Positions 48,873 to 59,774 are shown, numbered from the stretch's first letter. The stretch is DNA of 64,000 nt from Spirochaetia bacterium (GCA_963675665.1 OY776510.1:4480001-4544000); one strand, 5' to 3'. Numbers and translations: made by a program. The notes: generated by a model not told the origin, from the sequence alone.

Positions 48873-50396
48873 CTATGGTACTATAAAATGACAGCCTCGG
48901 CTAACCTTATTTTTTGATGCCGCTTCCGCAATAAGAACAGCTGCTGAACTCATGTTTCTCAGACCGGCGGTTTCAGCTGACGGCCCGGTTCGGCGGTATA
49001 TCTCTTCAGCGGAAACCTGAAGCGCCCTTAATTCGGAGACTGCTTCATTCAGCTTTGGAGACTCCCTGATAATGCCGACCTTTTCCCACATTACAGTCCT
49101 TATTCTACTTTCTATTTTCTGAATCTGCGGAAACATTTCCTTGACTTTATTATTAATTTTATGGATAAACGGAACAGGATCTGACGTGGCTTGTTTTCGA
49201 TCCTGCATGTTTTCAGCAATGTGTTCCGCTGCCCTTTCCGCCCATACTATACCTTCCAGCAGAGAAGTGCTTGCCAGTCGGTTTGCACCGTGCAGCCCGG
49301 TGCAACTGCATTCGCCAAGGGCATACAGCCCCTTTACAGTGGTTTCAGCACAGTTGTCGACATGAACTCCTCCGCAGGAAAAATGAGCCGCCGGGGCAAC
49401 TGGGAGAAGTTCCCTTGTTATATCAATACCGTACTGCATACAGCGTTTGTATATTGTGGGAAAGCCGTAGATGATTTGTCGGGACGAAATATAGTCAAAG
49501 AAATTAAGATATACATTTGATGTGCGATTATTTTCCATTTCCGCACCGACGGCACGGGTGACGACATCCCGCGGCGCCAAATCCTGCCAGAGAGGATCAT
49601 ATTTACGCATAAACGGAACGTTATCAGCAGTCACCAGTCTGGCTCCGGCCCCCCGTGCGGCTTCCGAGATTAAAAAAGACTCAACGCCGGGCAAAGCCAG
49701 AGCTGTCGGGTGAAACTGGATATATTCCAGATCCCTGAGCAGGGCTCCGGCCCTGTGAGCCATAGCAATACCGGTTCCATTTGTGCCGCAGGGATTACTC
49801 GTACGTGAGTACAGGGTCCCGGAGCCGCCCGTTGCGAGTATTGTAGAGTCGGAGTGTATTGCCCCGGGGTTCCCGCTGCTGTCTATTATTTCGGCGCCGG
49901 AACATGCTCCGCCTGAAACGTATAAATCAACAACCGTGCAGCCGGTCAGCGGGTTAATCAGCGGGTGTTTTATAATCTCCGCCTGCATAGCCTTCATAAT
50001 TACGCTGCCGGTTGCATCACGGCTGTGAATAATCCGGGCGCAGCTATGCGCAGCTTCTTTCGTAAAAGAGAGATTTCCGTCGGATGTTCGATCAAAACAA
50101 ACTTTAAGCCTTTGAAGAAGCAGCCTTTCAACAACATCCGGACCGGTTCGGGCAAGCATGTTGATAATTTCGCGATCTCCGCATTGCGCACCCGCCTGCC
50201 AGATATCGCCGGCAAGGATCTGAGGATTGTCGGCCTTTCCCCTGTATACTATTCCGCCCTGCGCCTGATAACTTGATGTCTCTTCGGGCGATTGGGAAGA
50301 ACTGACAATCGTAACGGGAATACCGCGATCAGCAAGCCCCAGCGCAGCCGCACATCCTGCTATCCCGCTTCCGATTATTAAAACGCGGGCTTTCAA
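48873..50396 (-). CDS. nadB: L-aspartate oxidase
   Basis: AQGGI, EAAHS, QFHPT, LISEAARG, GLHGANRLASTSLLE. Confidence 0.95.
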   Translation of the reverse strand: MKARVLIIGSGIAGCAAALGLADRGIPVTIVSSSQSPEETSSYQAQGGIVYRGKADNPQILAGDIWQAGAQCGDREIINMLARTGPDVVERLLLQRLKVCFDRTSDGNLSFTKEAAHSCARIIHSRDATGSVIMKAMQAEIIKHPLINPLTGCTVVDLYVSGGACSGAEIIDSSGNPGAIHSDSTILATGGSGTLYSRTSNPCGTNGTGIAMAHRAGALLRDLEYIQFHPTALALPGVESFLISEAARGAGARLVTADNVPFMRKYDPLWQDLAPRDVVTRAVGAEMENNRTSNVYLNFFDYISSRQIIYGFPTIYKRCMQYGIDITRELLPVAPAAHFSCGGVHVDNCAETTVKGLYALGECSCTGLHGANRLASTSLLEGIVWAERAAEHIAENMQDRKQATSDPVPFIHKINNKVKEMFPQIQKIESRIRTVMWEKVGIIRESPKLNEAVSELRALQVSAEEIYRRTGPSAETAGLRNMSSAAVLIAEAASKNKVSRGCHFIVP

Positions 50397-50398
50397 AT

Positions 50399-51415
50399 TC
50401 AGCCTCCGGAAACCTGCAGCATACGTTTTACCGATTCTGAGGCTGATTCCCGAAGATCTTCAGGAATCTCAACCTCATACTGCTCTTCACGCAGCGCCAG
50501 CAGGATGTTTTCAAGCGTAAGCTTCTCCATATGAGGACAACGAAACTGCGGAGCCGGTATAAATTTTTTACGGGAATCATTAAGGATAATGTTCTTTTCC
50601 ATTGCCGCTTCCGAAAAAAGACAGAACTCTTCAGCGCTGCTGCTCTGCATATGTTTTATCATAGCGGAAGTACTCCCGACATAGTCTGCTGCATCTGCAA
50701 CATCAGGCGGACATTCCGGGTGTGCAAGTATTACTGCTCCGGGATAATCTGAGCGGATTTTATCAATATCGCTCAACGAAAACCTTTCATGCACTTCGCA
50801 CCGGCCTTTCCATCCGATAATCTCTCGGCGGGTTCCATTGTTGGAACCTGCATTATTTTTATTTAAAGTCCGTGAGATATTGGCCATTAGATATTCATCC
50901 GGAAGAAAGAGTATCTGATCCTTGTCCAGTATCTCCAGAACATTCTCTGCATTGCCGGAAGTACAGCAGATATCTATCTCCGCCTTTACCTCCGCATATG
51001 TATTTATATATGCTGCAACAGCTGCATCAGGATATTTCCTTTTAAGTGCGCGAACATCTTCAGCCGTGATACTTTCTGCAAGTGAACAGCCTGCGTCAGT
51101 AACCGGGATGAGAACTTTTTTATCAGGATTCAGCAGCTTGGCGGTTTCAGCCATAAATGAAACCCCGCAGACAATCAGCATATCATTTTCGGCGCTTACT
51201 GCCCTGCGGCTGAGTTCCAGGGAATCACCGGTTATATCGGCGACGCTGTGAAAAATCAACGGGTCGATATAATTATGCACAAGAAGCAGCGCGTTCTTTT
51301 CCCGTTTAACACGCAGAATTTCTTCAGCTATTTCAGCTTTCTCCCGAAGCAGGCCGGCAGGGAGCTCCTCTCCCAATATTGTTTTCAGCCTGCCATGGAT
51401 TGCTGCTGCTATCAT
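50399..51415 (-). CDS. nadA: Quinolinate synthase
   Basis: HNY, GDSLEL, CGVSFMAET, AGCSLA, YINT, HPEC, CPHM. Confidence 0.95.
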   Translation of the reverse strand: MIAAAIHGRLKTILGEELPAGLLREKAEIAEEILRVKREKNALLLVHNYIDPLIFHSVADITGDSLELSRRAVSAENDMLIVCGVSFMAETAKLLNPDKKVLIPVTDAGCSLAESITAEDVRALKRKYPDAAVAAYINTYAEVKAEIDICCTSGNAENVLEILDKDQILFLPDEYLMANISRTLNKNNAGSNNGTRREIIGWKGRCEVHERFSLSDIDKIRSDYPGAVILAHPECPPDVADAADYVGSTSAMIKHMQSSSAEEFCLFSEAAMEKNIILNDSRKKFIPAPQFRCPHMEKLTLENILLALREEQYEVEIPEDLRESASESVKRMLQVSGG

Positions 51416-51417
51416 GT

Positions 51418-52281
51418 TTATACCCCCGGTTGTTCCATTAACAGAGATATATCAAGGGCCTTAACTGAATGAGTAAGACTTCCGACAGAGATATAATCAA
51501 CGCCTGTGCCGGCAATTTGCCTGACCCGTTCCAGGGTTACATTCCCCGACGCTTCAAGAGGTACCAGTCCGCCGGCAATCTGCACAGCTTTTTCCATTTC
51601 CTTATCCGGCATATTATCAAGAAGAATTCGGTCGACATTGAGATCAAGCGCCTCACGAAGTTCGTCGATATTTTTCACTTCCACTTCAATTTGCATATCA
51701 TCGGAAACGCAACGCCGTATTCGATTAACAGCTTCGGAGATACTCCCGGCTGAGCTTATATGGTTTTCCTTGATAAGCACCATATCAAACAGCCCGAACC
51801 GGTGATTCTGCCCTCCGCCGATTTTAACGGCTAATTTATCGAGGAATCTCAATCCCGGCGTTGTTTTTCTGGTATCGAGAATCACTGCTGACGTTCCGGC
51901 AACAGCCTTTACAAATTCCCCTGTTGCAGTTGCTATTCCGGACATTCTCTGAAGGATATTAAGGACAGTGCGCTCAGCTGAAAGAATTACACGGGAGGGC
52001 CCGCACACCCTGGCAATATCCTGACCTGCGGTTACCCTTTCTCCGTCTTTTACCGAGGGTGAAAAAACTACCAGGTCGCCTGCGGCTGCGAAAGTTTCTT
52101 TTACGATATCCATTCCTGCAATAATGCCGTCCTCTTTCGCCAAAAGCCGCGCCGTCTGAAACTGGTGTTCGGGAACTATACAGAGGGTTGTTACATCTCC
52201 GGTGCCTATATCTTCACTTAAAGCCTGCTCAATTACGGCCCGGATTCTGCTCTGAGTTGTTTTATCACATGCTACGTTCAC
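51418..52281 (-). CDS. nadC: Nicotinate-nucleotide pyrophosphorylase (QPRTase)
   Basis: DTRKTTPG, NHRFGL, IKENH, LLDN, EASG, ISVGSLTHS. Confidence 0.96.
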   Translation of the reverse strand: MNVACDKTTQSRIRAVIEQALSEDIGTGDVTTLCIVPEHQFQTARLLAKEDGIIAGMDIVKETFAAAGDLVVFSPSVKDGERVTAGQDIARVCGPSRVILSAERTVLNILQRMSGIATATGEFVKAVAGTSAVILDTRKTTPGLRFLDKLAVKIGGGQNHRFGLFDMVLIKENHISSAGSISEAVNRIRRCVSDDMQIEVEVKNIDELREALDLNVDRILLDNMPDKEMEKAVQIAGGLVPLEASGNVTLERVRQIAGTGVDYISVGSLTHSVKALDISLLMEQPGV

Positions 52282-52331
52282 TCTGTCTCCTCATTATCAG
52301 TGATAGCTTGACTGCAGCGATTGTAGGACAA

Positions 52332-52377
52332 GTTAACTGAAAAGTCAATTGTCTTGTCACTTGTCTTTTCAGTTAAC
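52332..52377. promoter_or_regulatory. Long palindrome containing probable NiaR operator
   Basis: GTTAACTGAAAAG...CTTTTCAGTTAAC around TGTCTTGTCA (close to TGT-N4-ACA), upstream of nadC. Confidence 0.6.
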
Positions 52378-52422
52378 CTGAATAGATACTGTAAATCTGA
52401 AAACAGCCATTGCCCTGCTTCC

Positions 52423-52472
52423 AAAAAAAAGCCCGAAACGGGAACCGGACAATACCGGGCTTCCGCTTCGGA
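52423..52472 (-). terminator. Intrinsic terminator after lipoprotein gene
   Basis: GC-rich stem followed by T8 on minus strand. Confidence 0.7.
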
Positions 52473-54125
52473 CCTGATATGATGTCCTGATCTTCCGTAA
52501 GCTCTAATCTTTCATCAGCAATCCCGAGCTATTGTACTTCCATACAATCATATCGGTGGTTCCGGCAGTATAACTTTCGCCGCAGACATATATATTTCCT
52601 GCTGAATCCAGCGCTATTCCCAGCCCCATATCGTCATTGTTCGCTCCGCCGCTTGCAGCCCCATTGTGGGACACAATACCGTCTTCATCAAAGCTGGTCA
52701 CAGGATTTCCGCTGCTGTCATACTTCCAGATTGTCATATCAAGAGTTGCCGTTGTTTCATCGTTATAACTGCTGCCGCAGATGTATAAGTTTCCATCATT
52801 GTCAATCACAATAGCCCTGCCGTAATCATCTCCGTCCACAGCTCCCGCGGCACCGTTTGATATCAGAACCCCGCCTGAACCGAATGAAGAAACAGGGCTT
52901 CCGCTGTTGTTATATTTCCAGACTGCCATATCAATATCGTTGCCGTTATCAATTGTCCCAGCAATATAGATGTTTCCGTCCGGAGCAATAACCAAATCAT
53001 TGGCAGATGCGGTGTTAATACCGTTATCATAGGTTACATAGCCGTCGTCATCAAAACTCAGATCAAGGCTCCCGCCTGAATCATATTTCCAGAGGATCAT
53101 ATCGTAATTACTTGCACCGTCGCCGGTATTCCCGGCAATAAATATACTCCCGTCATCGTCTACAGCAATAGCATATCCGCAATCAAAGCTGCTTGTTTCA
53201 TCCGAACCGCTGACGTTCTGCTTAACCCACCCGGAAGTATCGAAATTATCAGCATCAATATTTCCTGCAGGAGAATATTTTACCAAAAACATATCATCGC
53301 GATTTTGATCAGGTCCTGAAGCATTTTGATAACGTCCGGTTACATAGATATTTCCATCGATCCCGATTGCCAGATCTTCAGCCCATGCATGAGATCCGCC
53401 CGGATTACCGACCGTTGAGACTTCTATACCGTCGCCGCTGAAACCGTTGTCAAGATCGCCCGCTGCGGTATGCTTCCATGTACAGCTGTAGACAAGCCCA
53501 AGGAAACTGTTTCCTGCTGCGTAGACACCTCCGGCTGAATCAAGCGCTATTGCCTTAGCCGAATCGCCGTTGGGATATGCAGTATCATAGCCACCGTCCC
53601 TGAATACAATTCCACCGTTGCCGAAATCCGTATCAAGCGTGCCCGATCGATCAAATTTCCAGATTGCCATATCATTTTCAGTTAATGCGTTCACACCTTC
53701 TACGCTGTAACCGGCAACAAAGACATTGCCTTCGGAATCGACAACTATATCATAACCCTTATCATAATCATCAGCCGTTTCATTATTCCAGACATAAAAA
53801 CCGTCGCCGTCGAACGAATCAGAAAAGAGATCCGTCCATCCTGCATAAAGTGTCATATCAGACTGGACCCTGTCTGCAGCAAAATCCCACTTTTTCGACA
53901 AGATTGAATCACTGAACCATCCCCCTATACTGTAGCCGGCTAACAACGGAGAGGCAGGTTCGGTTATTAAACCGCCGGCGACCACTACCTGGTCGGCTAC
54001 AGCAGAACCTCCATTGGACTCGAAAACAACAGTATAAGTGACAGGATTATTTGTATCCGGTGAATCGACACAGGATATCAGAAAAAATAAAATTATCAAC
54101 ACCAGAAATGCCGGAAATACTTTTT

Positions 54126-55331
54126 TGGCCGGAGAAGAAACATGGTTCCCCCCTGTTGCCCAAAGTCAACGAAATCAGGCAGCATAGGGTTCCACAAAAA
54201 ACCAACCCAAGGAAGGAACCATGTATACATACTACCAACTTATCAAAAACAGTAAAGACCCTGTGCCGCATAGAGCAGAATTAGTAAAATATGCCATCAA
54301 GCATGGAAACAAGCCTGCAGCACGAAAGTTCCAAACCAGCGTAAAGACAGTTAGAAAATGGCGTAGACGATATGAAGAAGGTAAACGCCCTGCGTTACGA
54401 GATAGCTCAAGACGTCCTCACCATTCGCCAAATGAAATCATGCCATTCTGGCGATTCAAGATACTTGATATTTGTGAAACAGCAAAGAAACGAAGAAAGC
54501 GAATAAACGCAGTTCTTATCAAACGCAAATACAATATCCCTTATTCAACAAAAACCATATTGAAAATAATGCATGAATCAGGCTTCCTCCCCCAGAAACA
54601 GCGGAAATATCAACGGAAACGCGACCTCAGAGAACTAAAAAAGATGCTGAAACCGTTTGAGAAGATTCAGGTCGATATCAAGTATCTTGATGATATTCCT
54701 GAGTTCTATACCGCATATAGGGTTTTCAGACTTCCAAAATACCAGATTACAGCCCGATGTGTTCGTACAGGGGCCTTATTCTATGCGTATGCTGAACAAA
54801 AAACATCAACAGCCACTACGATGTTTCTGTTGAGGCTTGGAGAGCATCTTCAGGAACATGGGGTTGATTTGAAAACAGTAACAATACAGACCGATAACGG
54901 TACAGAATTTGCCTCAACCTGGAACAGTCTTAATAAGTGTGTATTTACAAAGGCAATTGAACAGATTTGGAAGTCTGAGCATAGAACCATACCTCCTGGG
55001 GCTAAAACGTGGCAGAGTGATGTTGAAACTTCTCACAGGTTGATTGAGGACGAGTTTTATGCATTTGAAGAGTTTCCAACACGCTTCCAATTCTTCCGAA
55101 AGGCGGCTAAATATCAGCGCTGGTATAATTGCGAACGAAACAATTCATACAAGAATGGAACACCTCTTCAAATTATGCGGCAGGCACAGGTCAAATATGA
55201 TTCAAGTATAATGATTTTGAAACCTATACGAATTGACACTATGTATAAAAAATACAAAGATACATTCAAAATCCTTGCTGCCTGATTTCATCATTGCAAC
55301 AGGGGGGGGAACCATCACTTTTCAGATCCCA
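54126..55331 (+). mobile_element. IS481-like insertion sequence
   Basis: Subterminal IR ATGGTTCCCCCC(CC)TGTTGC 16 nt inside TGG/CCA ends; 15-16 bp direct repeat CCGGAAATACTTTTT(T). Confidence 0.88.
54221..55285 (+). CDS. IS481-like DDE (rve) transposase
   Basis: N-terminal HTH (TVRKWRRRY...SRRPHHSP), QVDIK, QTDNGTEF, VETSHR, YNCER. Confidence 0.9.
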   Translation: MYTYYQLIKNSKDPVPHRAELVKYAIKHGNKPAARKFQTSVKTVRKWRRRYEEGKRPALRDSSRRPHHSPNEIMPFWRFKILDICETAKKRRKRINAVLIKRKYNIPYSTKTILKIMHESGFLPQKQRKYQRKRDLRELKKMLKPFEKIQVDIKYLDDIPEFYTAYRVFRLPKYQITARCVRTGALFYAYAEQKTSTATTMFLLRLGEHLQEHGVDLKTVTIQTDNGTEFASTWNSLNKCVFTKAIEQIWKSEHRTIPPGAKTWQSDVETSHRLIEDEFYAFEEFPTRFQFFRKAAKYQRWYNCERNNSYKNGTPLQIMRQAQVKYDSSIMILKPIRIDTMYKKYKDTFKILAA

Positions 55332-55409
55332 CCGGAAATACTTTTTTCATTTTACAACTCCATTAATAAATAATATAATTGTAACACCCATATAGAAATA
55401 TGAAAAACA

Positions 55410-55459
55410 AAAAAAGCCCTGGGCGGAAAACCGGTAATACCGGCCCTCCGCATCGGGCT
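55410..55459 (-). terminator. Intrinsic terminator downstream of tyrS / upstream of lipoprotein
   Basis: GC-rich stem followed by T7; similar to 52423-52472. Confidence 0.65.
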
Positions 55460-55665
55460 AAATTCAATATCTCCGTCCCGGCGAATAAAACCCTGCAAGG
55501 CAATTCTCCGGAAGTCTTTATTTTTTCTCTTTGCCGGAGCGCTATAAACACTCCCGGGCGGTTGCAGACTTATCCGCACATAACGTCTTAATCGCCCCGC
55601 AACCATCCATCCGGCAGCGGCTTGGGTTCGGCGGTTGTTTAACCTGCAGCTGCAATCAGAATTAT

Positions 55666-56919
55666 TTACTTCACCACTACTCGAAAGTATCTTTTTTTGC
55701 CTGCCTTGAGCATTATCTCGCCGTCGACAATGCTGTCGCTGCCGATAACCGCATCGATATTGGTTATCTGCTCTTCGTTCACGCGCGCGCCGCCCTGCTG
55801 GACAAGACGCCTCGCCTCGCCTCGCGAACTGCACAGATCGGTCCGGGCAAAAAGGTCCATAATGCCTATGCCCGCATCAAGCTCGGCGGCAGGGATCTCT
55901 ACAGATGGAATGGCATCCCTGTCTGCAGCTCCGCCTGTTCCACCTCCGGAGCTGAACGCGGCGCGGGCCGCCTCAAGCGCCTTCTGCGCCTCCTGCTCGC
56001 CGTGGATAATCTTAGTCTGCTCGAATGCAAGCCGTTCCTTGGCGCGGTTAATCTCGGCGCCGGGCAAAGCTTCAAGCTCGGCTATCTCTTCCATTTCAAG
56101 GAAGGTGAAAAACTTCAGGAACTTGCCCACGTCGGCGTCGGCGACGTTTCTCCAGTACTGGAAAAACTCATAGGGGCTGAACATATCCGGGTCAAGGAAT
56201 ACGGCCCCTTTTTCGGTCTTTCCCATCTTCTTGCCGTCGGAACGTGTGACAAGCGGGAAAGTCAGCCCGATTGCCTCCGCTTCCGGCCCCTCGATACGGC
56301 GTATAAGCTCCATGCCGGCGACAATATTCCCCCACTGGTCGTCGCCGCCCATCTGCATCTTACAGCCGTAGTCCTGGTGCAGTTTTAAAAAGTCGTAGGA
56401 CTGCAGCAGTTGATAGTTGAACTCGATAAAATTAAGGCCCTTCTCAAGCCGCTGCTTGTACGACTCAAAACTCAGCATCCGGTTGACCGAAAAGTGAATT
56501 CCTATATCGCGCAGAAACTCGAGGTAGTTCAGAGGGCCCAGCCAGTCGTAGTTATTGACCATCAGCGCCTTTCCCTCGCCGAAGTCGATTATCTTTCCAA
56601 GCTGGTCCTTAATAGACTTTGAGTTTTCCTGAATCTGCTCTATTGTGAGCATCTTCCGCATGTCGGATTTCCCCGAAGGGTCTCCGATCATCGAGGTGCC
56701 GCCGCCGACAAGGGCAATAGGCCTGTGCCCTGCTTTCTGAAGGTGGTGCATCGCGAAAAACGGCACCATATGCCCGATATGCAGGCTCTTCCCCGTCGGA
56801 TCAACCCCTACGTAGAAGGTAACCTGTTCAGTCTCAAGAAGCCTTTCAAGCGCTTCCAGATCCGTACACTGCTGTACGAATCCTCTTTCCTGTAATATTT
56901 CAAGGCCCGATTTAGCCAT
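55666..56919 (-). CDS. tyrS: Tyrosyl-tRNA synthetase
   Basis: DPT..SLHIGH, GGDDQWGNI, KMGKT, C-terminal S4. Confidence 0.98.
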   Translation of the reverse strand: MAKSGLEILQERGFVQQCTDLEALERLLETEQVTFYVGVDPTGKSLHIGHMVPFFAMHHLQKAGHRPIALVGGGTSMIGDPSGKSDMRKMLTIEQIQENSKSIKDQLGKIIDFGEGKALMVNNYDWLGPLNYLEFLRDIGIHFSVNRMLSFESYKQRLEKGLNFIEFNYQLLQSYDFLKLHQDYGCKMQMGGDDQWGNIVAGMELIRRIEGPEAEAIGLTFPLVTRSDGKKMGKTEKGAVFLDPDMFSPYEFFQYWRNVADADVGKFLKFFTFLEMEEIAELEALPGAEINRAKERLAFEQTKIIHGEQEAQKALEAARAAFSSGGGTGGAADRDAIPSVEIPAAELDAGIGIMDLFARTDLCSSRGEARRLVQQGGARVNEEQITNIDAVIGSDSIVDGEIMLKAGKKRYFRVVVK

Positions 56920-56948
56920 ATATTTATCCTCTAACCGTTTGATTTGCG

Positions 56949-56977
56949 TGAAGTATTCACGGCACGTGAATACTTCA
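56949..56977. other. Perfect 13-bp stem-loop between glyQS and tyrS
   Basis: TGAAGTATTCACG-gca-CGTGAATACTTCA. Confidence 0.6.
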
Positions 56978-56997
56978 AATTAAAGATTACGGACGCG

Positions 56998-58350
56998 TTA
57001 TACGCGTTTGTAATCTTTAATAGCTTTTTTGATAGTCGGAACAAGCTCGTCTATTCCGACCCTGACCTGCTCCATCGAATCGCGCATTCGAAGCGTTACG
57101 GTTTTATCTTCCTTGCTGTCATAGTCGACAGTAACGCAGAATGGTGTTCCGATTTCGTCCTGGCGCCGGTAGCGTCTACCGATAGCGCCGGACTGGTCAT
57201 AAAACGTAGTGAAGTCGTCGCGCAGGTCTTCTTCGATCCCGCGGGCCAACTCCGCAAGCCCGTCCTTTTTTACGAGCGGAAAAACCGCCACGGTAATGGG
57301 AGCAATATTCGGATGAAACCGCATTACGGTCCTTGAATCCGGGTTGCCCTTTGAGTCGACCCCAAGGTCTTCCTCTTCATACGCGTCCGAAAGAATCATC
57401 AGCACGCTTCGGGTAAGCCCGGCCGATGTTTCGATAACGTACGGTATATATCGTTCCTTTGTTTCTTCTTCAAGGTAATTGATTTCCTTGCCGCAGTACT
57501 CGCTGTGGCGGCCCAGGTCAAAATCAGTTCGGTTGTGAACGCCCTCAAGCTCGGAAAATCCGAACGGAAAATCAAACTCGATATCGTAGGCGTCTTTTGC
57601 ATAATGGGCAAGCTCGCCCTCGCCGTGCTGGTGCCAGCGGATGCTGTCCGGATTTATTCCGAGCTTGTTCACATAGTAGTTCCAGCGCTGTTCCCGCCAG
57701 TAATCAAACCACTTCTCGTCCTCGCCCGGTTTTACGAAAAACTGCATCTCCATCTGCTCAAACTCGCAGGTACGGAAAATGAAGTTCTTGGTAGTAATCT
57801 CGTTACGAAAGGCCTTTCCCACCTGGGCTATTCCGAACGGAATCTTCACCCGGCTCGACTGCATTACGTTCTTGAAGTTGACAAAAATTCCCTGCGCTGT
57901 CTCGGGCCTGAGGTAAACTACCGAGCCGTCGTCGGCAACGGGCCCCATGTGGGTCTGAAACATCAGGTTGAACTGGCGCGGTTCGGTCAGCTCGCCGCCG
58001 CATTCCGGACACTTCTTCGATTCAAGCGCTTCCGGCTTAAGATGGTCGGCGCGGAAACGGGTTTTGCACTGCTTGCAGTCAACCAGCGGGTCCGAAAAGT
58101 TTTCGACATGACCGGAAGCCTCCCACACGCGCGGGTGCATCAGGATAGCCGCGTCAAGACCGACGATATTATCGTGCAGCTGCGTCATCTCCTTCCACCA
58201 GACATTCTGAATGTTCTTTTTAAGTTCCACTCCCAGCGGGCCGTAGTCCCAGGCGGAAGAAAGCCCTCCGTAGATCTCGCTCGACTGATATACAAAACCC
58301 CTGCGTTTGCACAGAGATACTAATTGGTCCATAGTTACGTTGTTCGCCAT
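56998..58350 (-). CDS. glyQS: Glycyl-tRNA synthetase, homodimeric type
   Basis: [45 protein letters not shown]; AGGTG before ATG 58350. Confidence 0.97.
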   Translation of the reverse strand: MANNVTMDQLVSLCKRRGFVYQSSEIYGGLSSAWDYGPLGVELKKNIQNVWWKEMTQLHDNIVGLDAAILMHPRVWEASGHVENFSDPLVDCKQCKTRFRADHLKPEALESKKCPECGGELTEPRQFNLMFQTHMGPVADDGSVVYLRPETAQGIFVNFKNVMQSSRVKIPFGIAQVGKAFRNEITTKNFIFRTCEFEQMEMQFFVKPGEDEKWFDYWREQRWNYYVNKLGINPDSIRWHQHGEGELAHYAKDAYDIEFDFPFGFSELEGVHNRTDFDLGRHSEYCGKEINYLEEETKERYIPYVIETSAGLTRSVLMILSDAYEEEDLGVDSKGNPDSRTVMRFHPNIAPITVAVFPLVKKDGLAELARGIEEDLRDDFTTFYDQSGAIGRRYRRQDEIGTPFCVTVDYDSKEDKTVTLRMRDSMEQVRVGIDELVPTIKKAIKDYKRV

Positions 58351-58457
58351 ATTTATCACCTTTGTAAGGAATTAAAACACCACCGGAGTCCCGAAGGTAC
58401 ATCTAAAATATAACAAATCGAGCATAGTTTCAAGCGTAAGATTATTATGGAAGAGTT

Positions 58458-58560
58458 GGGCGTGCCCCCCGCCCCGGCTGCGCCATTGCGGGGGTCGGGC
58501 TGCTGTAGGCTCCGCTCCCGCTCCGGCCGCTATGCGGCTGCCCTTGCGCATCCCTCACGC
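58458..58560 (+). ncRNA. Flavo-1-like structured intergenic element
   Basis: GGGCGTGCCC...GGGTCGGGCT...ATCCCTCACGC architecture, recognised from memory only. Confidence 0.5.
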
Positions 58561-58631
58561 GGGGACTTTCTCCTTGAAATTTCATACCTGTTATATGATT
58601 TTTCAAGCATATATGATATACTTGAAGAGGT

Positions 58632-59774
58632 ATGAAATACATAAAAAGAAAGAAAGATCTTTATGAAGTAAACTCTTTGATTGATCAATTCCCGGTTACA
58701 GCCATCCTGGGGCCTCGCCAGTGCGGAAAAACAACACTTGCTAAAGATATAAAATCAACTGTTTATTTTGATTTGGAGAATCCCCGCGATCTGGTAAAGT
58801 TTGATAATCCCCAGCTATTGTTAGAGGATATAAAGGGTCTAATAGTAATAGATGAAATTCAGCGAAAACCCGAATTATTTCCTCTATTGCGTTACCTGGT
58901 AGATAACAACAAGAAACAAAAATACCTTATACTCGGAAGCGCTTCAAAAGATTTAATAAGACAAAGTTCCGAATCTCTTGCAGGACGGATTGCTTATCAT
59001 GAACTATCAGGCTTTACCCTCGGCGACGTCGGGGCTGAGCAGATAAAAAAAATATGGGAGTACGGCAGTTTTCCCGAATCTTTTCTGGCAGTAAACAGCG
59101 AAAAAAGTTATCTGTGGCGGGAAAACTATATTACAAATTTTCTGGAAAGAGACATCCCTCAGCTAGGTATACAGATTCCAGCCGGCGCCCTGAGGCGTTT
59201 CTGGATGATGCTGTCGGATTATCACGGAAATATAATCAATTACTCCGAATTAGCCCGTTCTTTTGGAATATCAGATATGACGGTCAGAAAATATATTGAG
59301 ATTCTACAGGGCACATTCATGGTAAGGGTTTTACAGCCGTGGTTTGAAAACATAAATAAAAGGCTGGTAAAGAACCCCAAAATCTACTTAAGAGACAACG
59401 GCATCTACCATACGCTGCTCACTATTGAAAGCTATGAAGATCTATTGAATTCTTCAAAACTCGGCGCATCGTGGGAAGGCTTCGCCCTTGAGGAGGTCTC
59501 AAAGGTACTTGATAAAAGAAGCGAAGAGCTGTTCTTCTGGCGTACTCATGCTGGGGCGGAGCTTGATCTCTACTGGAAACAGCATGGAAACAGTTACGGC
59601 ATTGAATTCAAATACAACGAAGCCCCCAAAACCACAAAATCAATGAAAATTGTTATTGAAGACCTGAAGCTTTCTCATCTGTGGATTGTATACCCGGGTA
59701 ACGATCTTTATAAACTTGATAAAGATATCACTGTATTACCGCTGAAGCAGATAAATATCCTGTCTGAAATTTAA
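58632..59774 (+). CDS. AAA_14 / DUF4143-type ATPase
   Basis: GPRQCGKT, IDEIQ, ESLAGR, KNPKIY, ELDL...IEFK. Confidence 0.9.
   Translation: MKYIKRKKDLYEVNSLIDQFPVTAILGPRQCGKTTLAKDIKSTVYFDLENPRDLVKFDNPQLLLEDIKGLIVIDEIQRKPELFPLLRYLVDNNKKQKYLILGSASKDLIRQSSESLAGRIAYHELSGFTLGDVGAEQIKKIWEYGSFPESFLAVNSEKSYLWRENYITNFLERDIPQLGIQIPAGALRRFWMMLSDYHGNIINYSELARSFGISDMTVRKYIEILQGTFMVRVLQPWFENINKRLVKNPKIYLRDNGIYHTLLTIESYEDLLNSSKLGASWEGFALEEVSKVLDKRSEELFFWRTHAGAELDLYWKQHGNSYGIEFKYNEAPKTTKSMKIVIEDLKLSHLWIVYPGNDLYKLDKDITVLPLKQINILSEI

Larger units (their letters stand above)
52504..55350 (-). pseudogene. Lipoprotein (InlB B-repeat + beta-propeller repeats) with IS481 inserted in its signal peptide
   Basis: Reconstructed start MKKVFPAFLVLIILFFLISC (GGAG + ATG at 55350); YTVVFESNGGS...TLYAGW; repeated IAVD.DG.IY.AG...D..VWKY. 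Confidence 0.82.

Noticed and set aside
55460-55660. c-di-GMP or other known riboswitch upstream of the lipoprotein
   Set aside because: Isolated fragments such as GCAACCG are present, but not the ordered consensus.
55531-58323. Long plus-strand ORFs opposite tyrS and glyQS
   Set aside because: Antisense shadows typical of GC-rich codon-biased genes, with no recognisable motifs.
56920-58440. T-box leaders for glyQS/tyrS
   Set aside because: No T-box consensus and intergenic regions are too short.
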